From Pseudomonadota bacterium (lineage in GTDB: Bacteria; Bdellovibrionota_C; UBA2361; OMII01), in assembly GCA_038134595.1 (NCBI GenBank), contig JAYPVM010000001.1, positions 96,001 through 160,000 on the forward strand: a DNA stretch of 64,000 nt. The letters are read 5' to 3'. Position 1 is the first letter of the stretch, and the number at the start of each line of letters is the position of its first letter. Of the stretch, positions 1 to 11,154 are shown in pieces. Made by a program: the position numbers and the translations under genes. The notes beneath the pieces were generated by a model. That model made no database searches. It worked only from the letters and a program-made list of their open reading frames with translations, and had not been told where the DNA came from.

Positions 1-146
1 CGCCTATCAGTAGCGCCATGTGTCATGTAGGCTGTCGAAACACCATCAAAGTCGAAGCTAAATCTGTTTGAGAGCATCTTATCTATTGTTCTTCAATCTT
101 TGGGCGTTTAATGAAACAACACAAAATCGGGTGAGTAAATAATTTT

Positions 147-1361
147 ATGGCTTTGGATGAACAAATCAGTAAAGCCATCGAACGGCCGATTTCTCCCATT
201 AATGGTCGGTCTGACTTCGAGCAACAAGCAATCTTTGATGAACCGAGGTTTGTTACAAAACCTTCTCTACCGCCCCTCGATGATTTCCTCCCATACCTCG
301 AAGAAATCTGGCGCTCCGCTAGGCTCACTAATGGAGGGCCGTTTCATCGACAATTTGAACAAGCCCTAGCCGATTATTTAGGCGTTAAGTACGTATCACT
401 ATTTGCTAACGGCACACTTGCACTGATAACCGCGATGCAGGCACTTGGAATATCAGGAGAGGTAATAACTACCCCCTTTAGTTTCGTTGCAACGGCACAC
501 TCTCTCAACTGGAATCAATTGACTCCAGTTTTTGTCGATGTCAATGACTCGACATATAACTTAGACCCCGACAATATTGAGGCAGCAATAACAGCAAAAA
601 CACGGGCGATAGTACCAGTGCATGTCTATGGCCAGCCATGCGACGTAGAGGCCATCGAAGAAATCGCTCGTCGTCATAATTTGTTCGTTGTTTATGATGC
701 TGCTCATGCATTTGGTGTAAGTCGTAACGGCTCGTCTATCCTCAATGCTGGCGATCTATCAGTGCTCAGCTTTCATGCTACTAAAGTGTTCAATACATTC
801 GAGGGCGGCGCTATCATCTCAAATAATGCCGAGATGAAGGAAAAAATTGATCTGCTCAAAAACTTTGGATTTCGCAATGAGGTGACCATAATGGGAACCG
901 GTATAAATGCCAAACTCAATGAAATACAATCCGCATTTGGTCTGCTCCAATTGAAACATCTCAGATCCAACATTACATTACGAAAAAGAATAGCAAAAAA
1001 CTATGAGCAATCTTTGGTCGGTCTTCCGGGTGTGTCATTTCTTCTCGAACAAACAGATACGGAATATAATTACAGTTACTTCCCAATTTTCTTAGATGCT
1101 GAAGACTGCCCAGTTTCGCGAGATGCACTGTATGACGCATTGAAAGCGAACAACATATTCGCTAGACGATACTTCTATCCTCTCATCACCGAATTTCCTC
1201 CGTATAATCAACCAAGCTTGATTGCAGAGGGCGGGCTTCCGGTTGCCGCCAAAGCTTCACAAGAGGTGCTCTGCTTGCCAATCTACCCTGAGCTCAAGCC
1301 AGAAGAGCAATGCATTATCCTTGATGTAATATACAAAACATTTAAGACTCACATGGGTTAA
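147..1361 (+). CDS. DegT/DnrJ/EryC1/StrS-family PLP-dependent sugar aminotransferase (VioA-like)
   Basis: Motifs ANGTLAL, TTPFSFVAT, YDAAHAFG, SFHATK (PLP lysine) and LCLPIYP. Confidence 0.92.
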   Translation: MALDEQISKAIERPISPINGRSDFEQQAIFDEPRFVTKPSLPPLDDFLPYLEEIWRSARLTNGGPFHRQFEQALADYLGVKYVSLFANGTLALITAMQALGISGEVITTPFSFVATAHSLNWNQLTPVFVDVNDSTYNLDPDNIEAAITAKTRAIVPVHVYGQPCDVEAIEEIARRHNLFVVYDAAHAFGVSRNGSSILNAGDLSVLSFHATKVFNTFEGGAIISNNAEMKEKIDLLKNFGFRNEVTIMGTGINAKLNEIQSAFGLLQLKHLRSNITLRKRIAKNYEQSLVGLPGVSFLLEQTDTEYNYSYFPIFLDAEDCPVSRDALYDALKANNIFARRYFYPLITEFPPYNQPSLIAEGGLPVAAKASQEVLCLPIYPELKPEEQCIILDVIYKTFKTHMG

Positions 1362-1366
1362 GGTAA

Positions 1367-2305
1367 ATGAGCTATACTATATCTCCTGACCCAATCGTAT
1401 CTGTCCTATGCGCCACTTATAATCATGAGAAGTATATAGGAGATGCGCTTGATAGCTTTCTCGTCCAACGAACTTCATTTCCTTTCGAAATTTGTGTCGG
1501 CGAAGACGATTCGTCTGACAGAACTCGTGAAATCTGCATTGAATATGCAAAAAAGTATCCAGAGCAGATTCGCCTATTCCTACGAGATCGAAAGGATGTG
1601 TTCTACATAAATGGGGCGCCAACGGGACGCTCAAATATAATCAACACACTCCGGCAGTGTCGAGGCAAATACATCGCATTCTGCGACGGGGATGATATGT
1701 GGATTGATCCTTTGAAGCTCGAAAAGCAGGTCTCATTTTTAGAGGCTAATCCTCAGTTCTCAATGTCGTATCATCAGTGTCGAGTGGTTTATCATGACGG
1801 CCGGATAGAAAACCGCCATATCCCAGCGGAATTTCATACTCTTAACTTGCACTTACTGACTTCCATCGAGAATCCGATCCATTCTTGTACAGCGTTATTC
1901 CGAAAATCCGCAGTAATAAATAACCTAGACAAATTATGGGATCCTGAAATTCTTGTTGCTGATTTTGCTCTTTGGCTCCTGTGTGCCAAACAAGGTCCAA
2001 TCGCCTATCTCCCCGAGGTAATGGCTCTTTACCGACATCATGGGTCTGGATTCTGGTCAAACCAATCACGGGAGCAGGAACTCTCAAGAACTAGTGAGTT
2101 GTACCTCAATCTGAGAAAGTGGTTCGAGCCCTCGATTCAATCTAATCTTACAAATCAAGCGTGTCGATTTATGTTAAGCCGGATGCAAAGAGGATTCCAG
2201 ACAGATAATCAGCTGATAGCAAGAGATAGCTACAACAAGATAACCGAGATGAATCCACAATATTGGTACGAAATCATGCAGGCTATACTCAGGCCTTCTC
2301 AGTGA
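1367..2305 (+). CDS. Glycosyltransferase family 2
   Basis: VSVLCATYNHEKYI, EDDSSD and IAFCDGDD (DxD); starts 5 nt after the aminotransferase. Confidence 0.9.
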   Translation: MSYTISPDPIVSVLCATYNHEKYIGDALDSFLVQRTSFPFEICVGEDDSSDRTREICIEYAKKYPEQIRLFLRDRKDVFYINGAPTGRSNIINTLRQCRGKYIAFCDGDDMWIDPLKLEKQVSFLEANPQFSMSYHQCRVVYHDGRIENRHIPAEFHTLNLHLLTSIENPIHSCTALFRKSAVINNLDKLWDPEILVADFALWLLCAKQGPIAYLPEVMALYRHHGSGFWSNQSREQELSRTSELYLNLRKWFEPSIQSNLTNQACRFMLSRMQRGFQTDNQLIARDSYNKITEMNPQYWYEIMQAILRPSQ

Positions 2306-2552
2306 AAGGTGGAAAAGAGACCGGGCTAGCTAAAAACTCCTATCTGCATTCACCAATTCAATCTGCATCTACACGGGAGCGAAGCACTCGGACAGATATA
2401 GAAGCCTTCTAACATCTGAAATCTTCTGAGTACGGCGTAAATTACACAAATACCGACCTTTTCATCTACTTATAACCCTCATAGGAATTGACAGGATTAG
2501 CAGAATAAAAAAGAGCGAACATAACAGCTTCCATCGCTCCAATCTCAACATC

Positions 2553-3317
2553 TCAAAGCTTCTTACTCTCCAAGATAACAAGCGGACGATTCAGAAATTC
2601 GCCAAGTTCATCTTGACGCATACTGTTGTCCTCATTTAACGGAACATAAGCAACCGAGCTATTTTGATGGCGCTCCGCAACAAGCACTTGCGTAAAACTC
2701 CAGTCATTATCACATACTTCATTCATCCAGCTAAGCATTGCCTGCTTAGTGCCCCCTTGGAAAAGCGGACGGCGGACATCTCCCATCCAGTTAAAACCAA
2801 TTTGAAGGACTAAAAAACGAGTCTTGTATGCTAAAACCGCAAGGGAGCTCTTCATAGCCTCAAGAGCAATGGTAAGATCACCGGCCTCTCCATAATCATC
2901 GCCCACATGGTGAAGCACATTTAACAAAACTACCACATCGAACTGGTCTTCGAGCTGCTTATCAAATCGAAAATACTCATTGCTACAAGTGATTCTCTCA
3001 GTTAATCCCAAAGTCCGCACGGCCTCCTCGACAAATTCCCAGTGCGCCCTATTACCTTCGACATAAGTCACATGCTCTGCACCATTCGCAATAAGTTCGA
3101 ATGAAAAATATCCGGTGTTACCTCCGATGTCGAGGATCCGCTTACCTTGGATTGGAACAATTTCTTTGATAGCGGCAAATCGTTCCTCTTCATGACGCGC
3201 AATTGCCTGCCCAACTTGAAGCTCTGGGAATCTTCGATTTATCTCTGGTGCAAGCACTTGATATGCAGAATGCTTGCTAACTGCATCATAAAGTTGCTTC
3301 AATCGCGCCTGGCTCAT
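2553..3317 (-). CDS. Class I SAM-dependent methyltransferase
   Basis: Motif I ILDIGGNTGYFS; FDVVVLLNVLHH. Confidence 0.85.
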   Translation of the reverse strand: MSQARLKQLYDAVSKHSAYQVLAPEINRRFPELQVGQAIARHEEERFAAIKEIVPIQGKRILDIGGNTGYFSFELIANGAEHVTYVEGNRAHWEFVEEAVRTLGLTERITCSNEYFRFDKQLEDQFDVVVLLNVLHHVGDDYGEAGDLTIALEAMKSSLAVLAYKTRFLVLQIGFNWMGDVRRPLFQGGTKQAMLSWMNEVCDNDWSFTQVLVAERHQNSSVAYVPLNEDNSMRQDELGEFLNRPLVILESKKL

Positions 3318-3318
3318 T

Positions 3319-4428
3319 CTACTGCACTCCTAGCTCATCAATAAACAAATCCATAGTATCACGTCTCTTGTATACATCATGTTCCAGAAATTCGTGTAAA
3401 CCATTGAGCATATTGGCATCCGCCCCCTCCAAGCTAATAGCTGTTGGAGATTGGCTTGCACGAAAGCCGCCGAGCCAGAAATACTTAGCTTCCTGCAAAA
3501 CAGAAGAATGCTCCGGAGGGAGAGAGGTCGCGCGCCAATCAAATAGGAAATCATGGAATAAGTCGCGCCCAGCGTCTACAAAAAGTTGCGACGGACCCCA
3601 CAACCGCGGATTTGCCTCTATGGCAAAGCACCCATCCAAAGTCTTCCGGATCTCTATCATAATAAATCCAAAAAAACCCAACTTTCTCAAGAACCCTTCA
3701 TATGCCGCCCCTATCTCCTCTCGATGAATCGAACTAATTCTGGCTGCAAGGATTGATTTCCCATTGGGCTGTTGTAGTAGATTTTGCTGCGAAAGCGATA
3801 CTATCTTTCCATCTCGATAAACATAGTAGAGGAGATAATAGCTTTCGCCTGAAATGAATCTTTGAAAGTAGTAATTGGCTTTTGCCTTGGTCTTCATAAA
3901 TCTTGAAAACGAATCCTCATCAACCAACAACTCTGGGCTTACAATAGAGCCATCCTGCAGCTGATATGTTCTTGGTTTTGCAACTAAGGGAACTTCTGAG
4001 TAATTGATATCAAATACTTCCTCTGGAATCGCGAGCCCATGAGATGAACAGAGATCACCAAAGGACTGTTTGTCAGAGATTGCGCTATACAGAGAGCCCT
4101 CGACCAACGGAAGCCTACAGCCCCGAGATTCCAGTACGTCCCTATGTGTCAGAAAAAACCGATTTAGATACTCGGAAGAGGGCAAAAGCAGACACTCCCG
4201 TTCACCAAGAGATTCTTGCGCCTGTTGTACATACTCCAATACGTTTTCGATTTCCAGTTTACTACTGGCTCGAACACCGCCCACATATTCCCGATACGTT
4301 GTTAATAAAATTGGATCTTGCTCTGTCAGAGCAACAATTCGAACCGAACATGAGAGACGGATCGCAGAGCGCAAGAAAGCGATAACGCCTCGTGTGTTGA
4401 ATCCTGAAAATATAAGAATTGGTCGCAT
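3319..4428 (-). CDS. ATP-grasp domain protein
   Basis: DK..F, PLVAKP, FQRFISG, FIMIE and AIEANPRLWG; ATG at 4428 preferred over GTG at 4440; abuts the methyltransferase. Confidence 0.8.
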   Translation of the reverse strand: MRPILIFSGFNTRGVIAFLRSAIRLSCSVRIVALTEQDPILLTTYREYVGGVRASSKLEIENVLEYVQQAQESLGERECLLLPSSEYLNRFFLTHRDVLESRGCRLPLVEGSLYSAISDKQSFGDLCSSHGLAIPEEVFDINYSEVPLVAKPRTYQLQDGSIVSPELLVDEDSFSRFMKTKAKANYYFQRFISGESYYLLYYVYRDGKIVSLSQQNLLQQPNGKSILAARISSIHREEIGAAYEGFLRKLGFFGFIMIEIRKTLDGCFAIEANPRLWGPSQLFVDAGRDLFHDFLFDWRATSLPPEHSSVLQEAKYFWLGGFRASQSPTAISLEGADANMLNGLHEFLEHDVYKRRDTMDLFIDELGVQ

Positions 4429-4833
4429 TATCAAATCCACCTATAGTCCATACTTTACGGACAAAAGATCTGCCAAAATTAAGACAAGGGTAGCACATCC
4501 ACTATTGCTACAATAGGCTCTTACTTACGTCGAAGAAACGGAATACTCCACCCACAGTTACTAACTGAAGAGCGACACAGAACAATAACGCTCCGACGAG
4601 AAGTGGATCTCCATAGATTGCAAAACCATCCGAATACAACGGTTCATGTCTCCAAATGCTTAGTTGTTCAAAAAATCTTGGCTTTTGTGAATTCGATTAG
4701 CTAAGTCATAAAACTGCGTAGCGAGAGCCTCAAGAATGCTGATCTTCCAATTCCACAAAGGGAATTCTAAAAATCAGTATTATCGCGGCTCGCTAGAGCA
4801 GGCTTCCTGAAATATCCGATTTGGGTGTCTAAG

Positions 4834-6351
4834 CTAACTCTCTACATTTAAATTCATATGCTTCAGCATTTCATCTGATAAACGCTCGCGCCAGCCAGCC
4901 ACCGCCCTATTCCAGCGCGGATCAAATACCTCTGCATTGTCGACCGTACTGTGTAGACTTTCGTAACGTGTAATCCATGCGGCCAAGTTTGATGTCGCCT
5001 TTTGCTCCTCTCCATTCGGAAATCGAATCACTCCTGCCACGGTAGGCTTTGAAACTCCTGTTGTAGCAGGTTGTGTAAACGGCTCTCCCGTAATACGACA
5101 CCTAGCGGCATCTGCAAATATGCGTGCCTCCATCGCTGTTCCATCAAAGCCATATTCGATCGACGAGGCTATCTTTACCTCTTTCGAGCCATTCGAAACA
5201 CGCATTCTTAGAGAAGCAAACAGATCGCTATGCTTATCCAAAATCACACACCGCTCCTGATCACCTGAGAGCAGTGCTTTAAAATCCTGCACACAGAGGG
5301 GATTCTTCCAGCCACCCCCACAAAGCGCATAGTAGCTCGGTAAAACAATCTCGTCAGATGTCAATGCAAGCGAATGCGCGTAAATGTAACTTGAAAAGTA
5401 AGTTGCTGTTCTTAACCTATCCTCCAAAGAAAGTATCGCTCCATCAATCTCTGCCTCTCCTGCAAGCTCTGGAATCATCACATACCACTCTGGATCGGAT
5501 GACTTTGGCGGACTCTTCGTCAGAAAATTCTCCCCTTGAGCCGTTAGCACAGCCTTCTCAAAGAGCACCTCAAGTAGTTTTTCGTTTACTACTCCAGTTT
5601 TCGCAACAGAGGCATCCTTGTCCATCCGCTCGCTTCGTTCTCGTGCCATCAATTTATCAGGAAAGTTATTAAATGGGCCCGTATCCCAACCCTTTACTAC
5701 TACCGCTCCCGTATCTCGGTGCTCAGAGATAATACTTACATTACCGGTGTTTCCTGCATTACAAAACGCGATAGGAAAGATCCCTCGTTTTTTAGTCGCT
5801 TCCGCTAGATGGGCATGATGTATAGGGGCAAGAGGCGCCCCCTCTCCTCCATTCATCACATCATCAGAGCGAAAGTCAGCTACAACCGTTATGCCAGTTA
5901 GATCAGCAAGCTGTTGGGCATCTCCTATTTGAACGGTGTAAATAGAACGCCTATCTGATGTTTGAGCGACCGACGGAGGAAAGTGTGCACACGTTTGTCC
6001 GTGAGAACCGATAAGGTCTACCTGCTCGCCCTCAAGCAAGTTCGACTGTGCGCTCTTTAGGAGGGCAGAGACTGCCTTCGCCAAGAAGGTCGTATAGGCA
6101 GATTGTACCGTATCAAATGAATCGCCCCCAATAGCATCGAAGCGCCTGACGGCATCAGGCATATTGCCCTTGGATTCAGCTATACACGAGCGTACCGCAA
6201 TCAGACCCTCTCGCAACTCATTTGGCATTTCCAGACTATAGGAACAAATATCTTCTAGCCCCCCATCCACACTGAAGCGCGTAAGAACCGCATCGACCCC
6301 ATCCAGGGAATTACCGGTCATGAGCCCAATTACTAATAAGGATTTGTTCAT
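4834..6351 (-). CDS. anmK: Anhydro-N-acetylmuramic acid kinase
   Basis: IGLMTGNSLDGVD, IGSHGQT, DFRSDDVMNGGEGAPLAP, DTGPFN, CGGG and MEA..FA; start moved to the ATG at 6351 (MNKSLLVIG). Confidence 0.88.
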   Translation of the reverse strand: MNKSLLVIGLMTGNSLDGVDAVLTRFSVDGGLEDICSYSLEMPNELREGLIAVRSCIAESKGNMPDAVRRFDAIGGDSFDTVQSAYTTFLAKAVSALLKSAQSNLLEGEQVDLIGSHGQTCAHFPPSVAQTSDRRSIYTVQIGDAQQLADLTGITVVADFRSDDVMNGGEGAPLAPIHHAHLAEATKKRGIFPIAFCNAGNTGNVSIISEHRDTGAVVVKGWDTGPFNNFPDKLMARERSERMDKDASVAKTGVVNEKLLEVLFEKAVLTAQGENFLTKSPPKSSDPEWYVMIPELAGEAEIDGAILSLEDRLRTATYFSSYIYAHSLALTSDEIVLPSYYALCGGGWKNPLCVQDFKALLSGDQERCVILDKHSDLFASLRMRVSNGSKEVKIASSIEYGFDGTAMEARIFADAARCRITGEPFTQPATTGVSKPTVAGVIRFPNGEEQKATSNLAAWITRYESLHSTVDNAEVFDPRWNRAVAGWRERLSDEMLKHMNLNVES

Positions 6352-6567
6352 AATAACCCGTAGACTTCGAATAGCTAAACTGTTGGCTCTCCTCAGCGAT
6401 GACAGTAACATCTCTCTTAGATAAAGCACCATTGCAAATGCCGGACAACTGCCATAGATGATGTAGATTCTTATTAGCTTTACGGCTCCTCTTACTTTAC
6501 GAGCTTCCATGATACAGGTAAGCTCTATACCTAACAGTAGAATTCTAATCAGCAATACAAGCAAATC

Positions 6568-8148
6568 ATGGAACAGTCAGGCGAACGCTTCTTTGCCCTC
6601 CGAACCCTCTCAACACTCCGACAATCAAGGAAATTGCATCTCTTGCGTGCCGCATTCGTTGGGATCTGCGTAGGCTTAGTAGCCATGCTCTTTGAGCATG
6701 CAATTGAGATGGTAGAGCATTTCATGCTCAATCTGACTCATATCTCTCGATTTTCCGTTATCGGCTGGGTATTGTTTATCCTAACATGCTCATTTGTTGG
6801 TGGCAGTGTCGGATGGATTACTAACACAGTCTGTCGAGAGGCTAGTGGCAGCGGCATACCGCATGTAAAAGCCGTACTTCTAAACCTTCGAGAGATCCGG
6901 GTACTAAGACTATTCTTCGTTAAGTTCTTTGGTGGTATGCTCGCACTCGGTACAGGATTCTCTCTCGGTAGGGAAGGCCCAACCGTGCACCTTGGGGCAA
7001 CGGTTGCTGACGGAATCGCCAAGATTCTTAAAGTCCCAAAGAAAGCTAAGAGTCATTTAATCGCGTGTGGTGCAGGAGCAGGTCTTGCGGCGGCATTCAA
7101 CGCACCGCTTGCAGGTTTCATATTTGTAATTGAAGAGCTTAGACGCGAACTCTCGCCTATCACCTACGGCGTTGCATTTGTCGCCGCCGTTACCGCCGAT
7201 GCAGTAACCCGATTTTTCATGGGCTCCGGCCCCGCCTTGAGCTTTACCTCCTTTGATGCCCCCGACTTCTCAGCCACATGGCCGATGATAGCAGTTGGAC
7301 TAATCGCTGGTGGTGCCGGAATACTATTTAATGAAACTCTTGTGCGTGGGATTAAGAAAACGCCTGAGTCAATTCCGTTACCCTTACGTGGAGCGATTGT
7401 AGGGGCAATTATTGGCGTGGTTACTCTTATTTTTCCTCTCGCGACTGCGAATATTCAAAGAACCTTTGATGGCGTTTTACACGTCACCAACGGAATCGAA
7501 ATATCCGTATGGGTATTTGTCGGATATTTCACCCTTAAATATATTCTCACTATTGCCTCATACCTTACGGGAGTACCCGGAGGTATCTTTGCCCCAATGC
7601 TCATTCAAGGCGCTCTTCTGGGTGTCATAATAGGACGATTCTTTACGTGGTGCATTCCAGAACCTGCGCTTCCAGATGGAATGTACGCTATGGTAGGAAT
7701 GTGTGCATTCTTTGCGGCGAGTGTCCGTGCACCACTTACTGGCGTTGTGCTGATATCAGAAATGACCGGTAACTTTCAGCTCCTATTTATTCTCTTGGTA
7801 GCAGCATTAGCTGCCTATTTATTGGGAGAACTTATCGGAGGCAAGCCAATTTACGAGCGACTTATGGCTTTTGGGCTACGCAAACCAGATGCGCTATCCA
7901 CCGATGATAACGAAGCAATGATCGTTGACATCACCGTTGAGCCACATTCCAAACTAGATGGGGTGTCAATTAGAGAGGTGCAATTACCACAGGGATGCTT
8001 AATTATCACAATACGAAAAGACAGCAAGGAACTTGTTCCTCATGGTAGTACAACTCTCGCCGCTGGTGACGAGCTTGTTGTCTTACTTGAAGTTGGTGCT
8101 TTGGGATCTCTACAAGAAGTGAAAGAAGCTGCAAGCGGCACGCTGTAA
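6568..8148 (+). CDS. clcA: ClC-family H+/Cl- exchange transporter with C-terminal TrkA-C (RCK_C) domain
   Basis: GSGIP, GREGP (gating Glu), FVIEE (proton Glu) and GIFAP; C-terminal VPHGSTTLAAGD RCK_C pattern. Confidence 0.88.
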   Translation: MEQSGERFFALRTLSTLRQSRKLHLLRAAFVGICVGLVAMLFEHAIEMVEHFMLNLTHISRFSVIGWVLFILTCSFVGGSVGWITNTVCREASGSGIPHVKAVLLNLREIRVLRLFFVKFFGGMLALGTGFSLGREGPTVHLGATVADGIAKILKVPKKAKSHLIACGAGAGLAAAFNAPLAGFIFVIEELRRELSPITYGVAFVAAVTADAVTRFFMGSGPALSFTSFDAPDFSATWPMIAVGLIAGGAGILFNETLVRGIKKTPESIPLPLRGAIVGAIIGVVTLIFPLATANIQRTFDGVLHVTNGIEISVWVFVGYFTLKYILTIASYLTGVPGGIFAPMLIQGALLGVIIGRFFTWCIPEPALPDGMYAMVGMCAFFAASVRAPLTGVVLISEMTGNFQLLFILLVAALAAYLLGELIGGKPIYERLMAFGLRKPDALSTDDNEAMIVDITVEPHSKLDGVSIREVQLPQGCLIITIRKDSKELVPHGSTTLAAGDELVVLLEVGALGSLQEVKEAASGTL

Positions 8149-8465
8149 AAACTCTCCCATCATCTATCTAACACCCGATATAGAATCAATGGTCATCGAG
8201 CCCCTCTTCGCTCGATGATAAGCGACAAGCTGTCGACACCACTAAAACAGATAATGCGGGGGACTAAGGATCGCAATGATATGGTTTAAGCACAATACGT
8301 CAATCAAGTTTCTCTACGATGACGGCAAACGTTCGAGCGGCGATCATAGTGGTCGATACCTCTCGATACACTCCGCATAATACTTGGACTGAGCGCTTAA
8401 GAAAATCATCATGGCGCCGAAGAAAGAGCTATCAGAGCTTTCTATGGGCGCGCCGGATTATTTGC

Positions 8466-11009
8466 TTATTCCTTATCATCAGTAAGCTCAGCAACAGCAT
8501 CCACTAATCCTTTTGAAATGTAATCTCCCCGATGCATGCCCATGGATCGAACATTACCGTAGGTTTCGTTAGTTACAAGTCCAAAGCCCCTCTGCCTTAA
8601 GTACTCTCGTGAATTAGAACTACAGAAAAACTTCAAGGCCTTCAACCACCCTTCACCAAGGGTATCAACCTTTACATAATTGTCATCCAGAATACCTAGA
8701 GAAGTTTCAAGTTGCTCTGCATCATAAAACGCAACTCCATCCTGATCCTCGCACGGAATAGAAGAAACAAAAGAGCGAAGCTCGACATTTAGTCGCTTCA
8801 AACCATCCCGCCATGGAGCGCTTGCGCCGCCAGAAATGGTGCGCACATACCGTAGCAGGTCTATTCGCTTACCCAGTTCCTGAGTTCGTGGATCCTTAGC
8901 GTTTGATAAACGTGGGACTATCTCCTTAGCCTTACCAGCAAGACGCTCAATCATTAGCATTTCACTTGGTCGAAGATATGTTCTTTGGAGCGTATGCGGT
9001 TGGAGATGCTCCCCTGTTGTCTTAACGAGGGGATGTGTCAACAGCTGCTCTGCTAACGCAATCTCTTCCTCGTGTTGCCCTCGATGCTGGTAATCCTTTA
9101 CCTTAGGTTCTATCTCTCTAAAGACCCTGAATCTGTTCTTTGAGATAAGTCCTACCGAAAGCTCAGCAGTTATCTGCGCTCGATTATCAGGTACATAACC
9201 CAACCTTCGATCCTCGGAACGACGCCACAGCTCAGTCAAATCAAAAGCCTCTACACCAGGATAAAGGCCTTTATTTAACATCAACTGCTCTGAGAGATAG
9301 TATTGAGCTCCTGATAGAATCGTTGGGCTCCACTCTGCGAAAAAGTCACCGAAAGAGTCTCTATCAAGAGTTTGGCCCTCCTGAGACTCCTCAGCCGCTA
9401 GCGTCGCCTCAAAGAATTCAGTCTTTCGAAGCGCTCTAACAACACCGCAAATCATCTCTTGAAAATCTTTTACCGGCATCGAAGCTAATAGATTTTCTTC
9501 AGATTTGTTTACTCTGCTAAGAAACTGGTATTGCTTTATGGCGGCGAAGTCTGCCTGACCTAATACTGGGCCGGCAGTATCTGTTGTTCCTAGCTTTATC
9601 CCGATTTTGGCACCATAGATATGCTGCCGAAGGCGCTTCATCGGAACTGAATCTCCTAAACAATCTTCTTGAATCTCTCCACTATCTGTAAACGATACAA
9701 ATGCAAATCGCTCTGTAGCTTTTGCTAGCTCATCGGCAAAGAGTGTCACAAGACGCTTGTTCATATTAACCCGAAAGTCTCTTACGCCCTGTAGCCCAGC
9801 AATTCTACCAAAGTCTTGAATAGATATTCCGCTATCACTCTTTCGCAATGCGTCCGCCACTACTTCCTTTGCGCTCTCCATTGCCTCGTTAAGACGCAGT
9901 GGATCCTGCTGGTCTAGAGAAGCATACGTTTCCAAATCAGAGAGCACACTTCCGGTAGCCGCAGCCGTAGAGATGTAAGAATGAAGCCTTTGATACGCTA
10001 AAAGACCACGAAAAACCTCTCTTTCTCTTTCTACGCCAAGCTGTACAAGCGGGTCTCGTATCGCTTCGAATGCATCCACGATTCCTTGCGGCACATTTGG
10101 ATTTTCTTGTATATGCGTCTCAAACCATCCCATTAGTTGTCTTCCGACGTCGGCACTCACCTTACTGTTGCCCAATCGGATCTCGAACAATTCCTGCGCA
10201 AATGACGCCTGAGCTAAATGTTGTTCGTACTGCCTAGTGGCCGCTCTCAAAGCGATAAACGCCTCGGTATAGCGCGTCATAAGTGGGCTACTAGATGCTT
10301 TTACAGCGGGCGAAGCCTTTTGATCCTCAGAAACGCGGTCCTCTCCTAATTCTTGAAGAACTCTGAAAGCCTCTCTGTTTCTACGCCTCTGTGTTTCTGC
10401 ATTTGTCTCTTCTGATACTTTTTCAGGATCAAATGCGGAGAAGATCTTTATAAGGGCTTGTGTCTTGCAGAAAAATCCAATCGAATCTGCCGGTGAATCA
10501 GCTTTAAACACACTGTATACAGTACCACAGAGGACGTGCCCACTGGTTCCACGTACCGAGTGGCGCTGCGAAACTTGACCGTCTTCAACACAATCGTCGT
10601 TTACCTCTCCTTGAATTCGACATCCCGCCGGAAGATCGGCAACCGGTAGTAGAACTACCTGGGCGTTTTTGGCCGCAAGATATGGATCGTCCGAACCAAG
10701 GCGCGAGAGAAAATCTTGAAGTATTGGCCAGCTTCCCGAATATTCCGATAGCGTTCCAATCAACTTCGGCACCGCTTTAACATCACGTCGAGAAACTTCA
10801 TTGAGCATCCTAACCGAAAGTGTAGACTTTAGCTCTCCCTCGGTTAAAAGTTGCGATAACCGTTGAATATTCCGCTCAGACAATCCCCTGTAAACCGATT
10901 CGGCGACGCCCAGATTATGCAATGCTTGCGTGAGTTTTGGGGAAACAACACTGGAATCATCAGTATTGACTCTTGCTTCTGCTTCATTTGAATGTTTCGA
11001 TGTGCTCAT
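8466..11009 (-). CDS. Large hypothetical protein (847 aa)
   Basis: Long ORF with a purine-rich RBS (GAGGTAGAGAG); no family motif recognised. Confidence 0.7.
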   Translation of the reverse strand: MSTSKHSNEAEARVNTDDSSVVSPKLTQALHNLGVAESVYRGLSERNIQRLSQLLTEGELKSTLSVRMLNEVSRRDVKAVPKLIGTLSEYSGSWPILQDFLSRLGSDDPYLAAKNAQVVLLPVADLPAGCRIQGEVNDDCVEDGQVSQRHSVRGTSGHVLCGTVYSVFKADSPADSIGFFCKTQALIKIFSAFDPEKVSEETNAETQRRRNREAFRVLQELGEDRVSEDQKASPAVKASSSPLMTRYTEAFIALRAATRQYEQHLAQASFAQELFEIRLGNSKVSADVGRQLMGWFETHIQENPNVPQGIVDAFEAIRDPLVQLGVEREREVFRGLLAYQRLHSYISTAAATGSVLSDLETYASLDQQDPLRLNEAMESAKEVVADALRKSDSGISIQDFGRIAGLQGVRDFRVNMNKRLVTLFADELAKATERFAFVSFTDSGEIQEDCLGDSVPMKRLRQHIYGAKIGIKLGTTDTAGPVLGQADFAAIKQYQFLSRVNKSEENLLASMPVKDFQEMICGVVRALRKTEFFEATLAAEESQEGQTLDRDSFGDFFAEWSPTILSGAQYYLSEQLMLNKGLYPGVEAFDLTELWRRSEDRRLGYVPDNRAQITAELSVGLISKNRFRVFREIEPKVKDYQHRGQHEEEIALAEQLLTHPLVKTTGEHLQPHTLQRTYLRPSEMLMIERLAGKAKEIVPRLSNAKDPRTQELGKRIDLLRYVRTISGGASAPWRDGLKRLNVELRSFVSSIPCEDQDGVAFYDAEQLETSLGILDDNYVKVDTLGEGWLKALKFFCSSNSREYLRQRGFGLVTNETYGNVRSMGMHRGDYISKGLVDAVAELTDDKE

Positions 11010-11154
11010 TGTAGCTCTCTACCTCTTAACGCCTCTTAGACAACACAAAATGTGCCCTTAAGCTCGTCCGCATATTGATTTAAATTTTAAACTATGGCAA
11101 TTTAGGATTACAACGCCCAAATAAAGCGTCTATAAAACGGTCAAAGTGACAGCC

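Noticed and set aside
6352..6564. Long N-terminal extensions of ORF-track calls (anmK here; likewise atpB, parA and the deaminase)
   Set aside because: They arise from upstream alternative start codons; family motifs begin at downstream ATGs.
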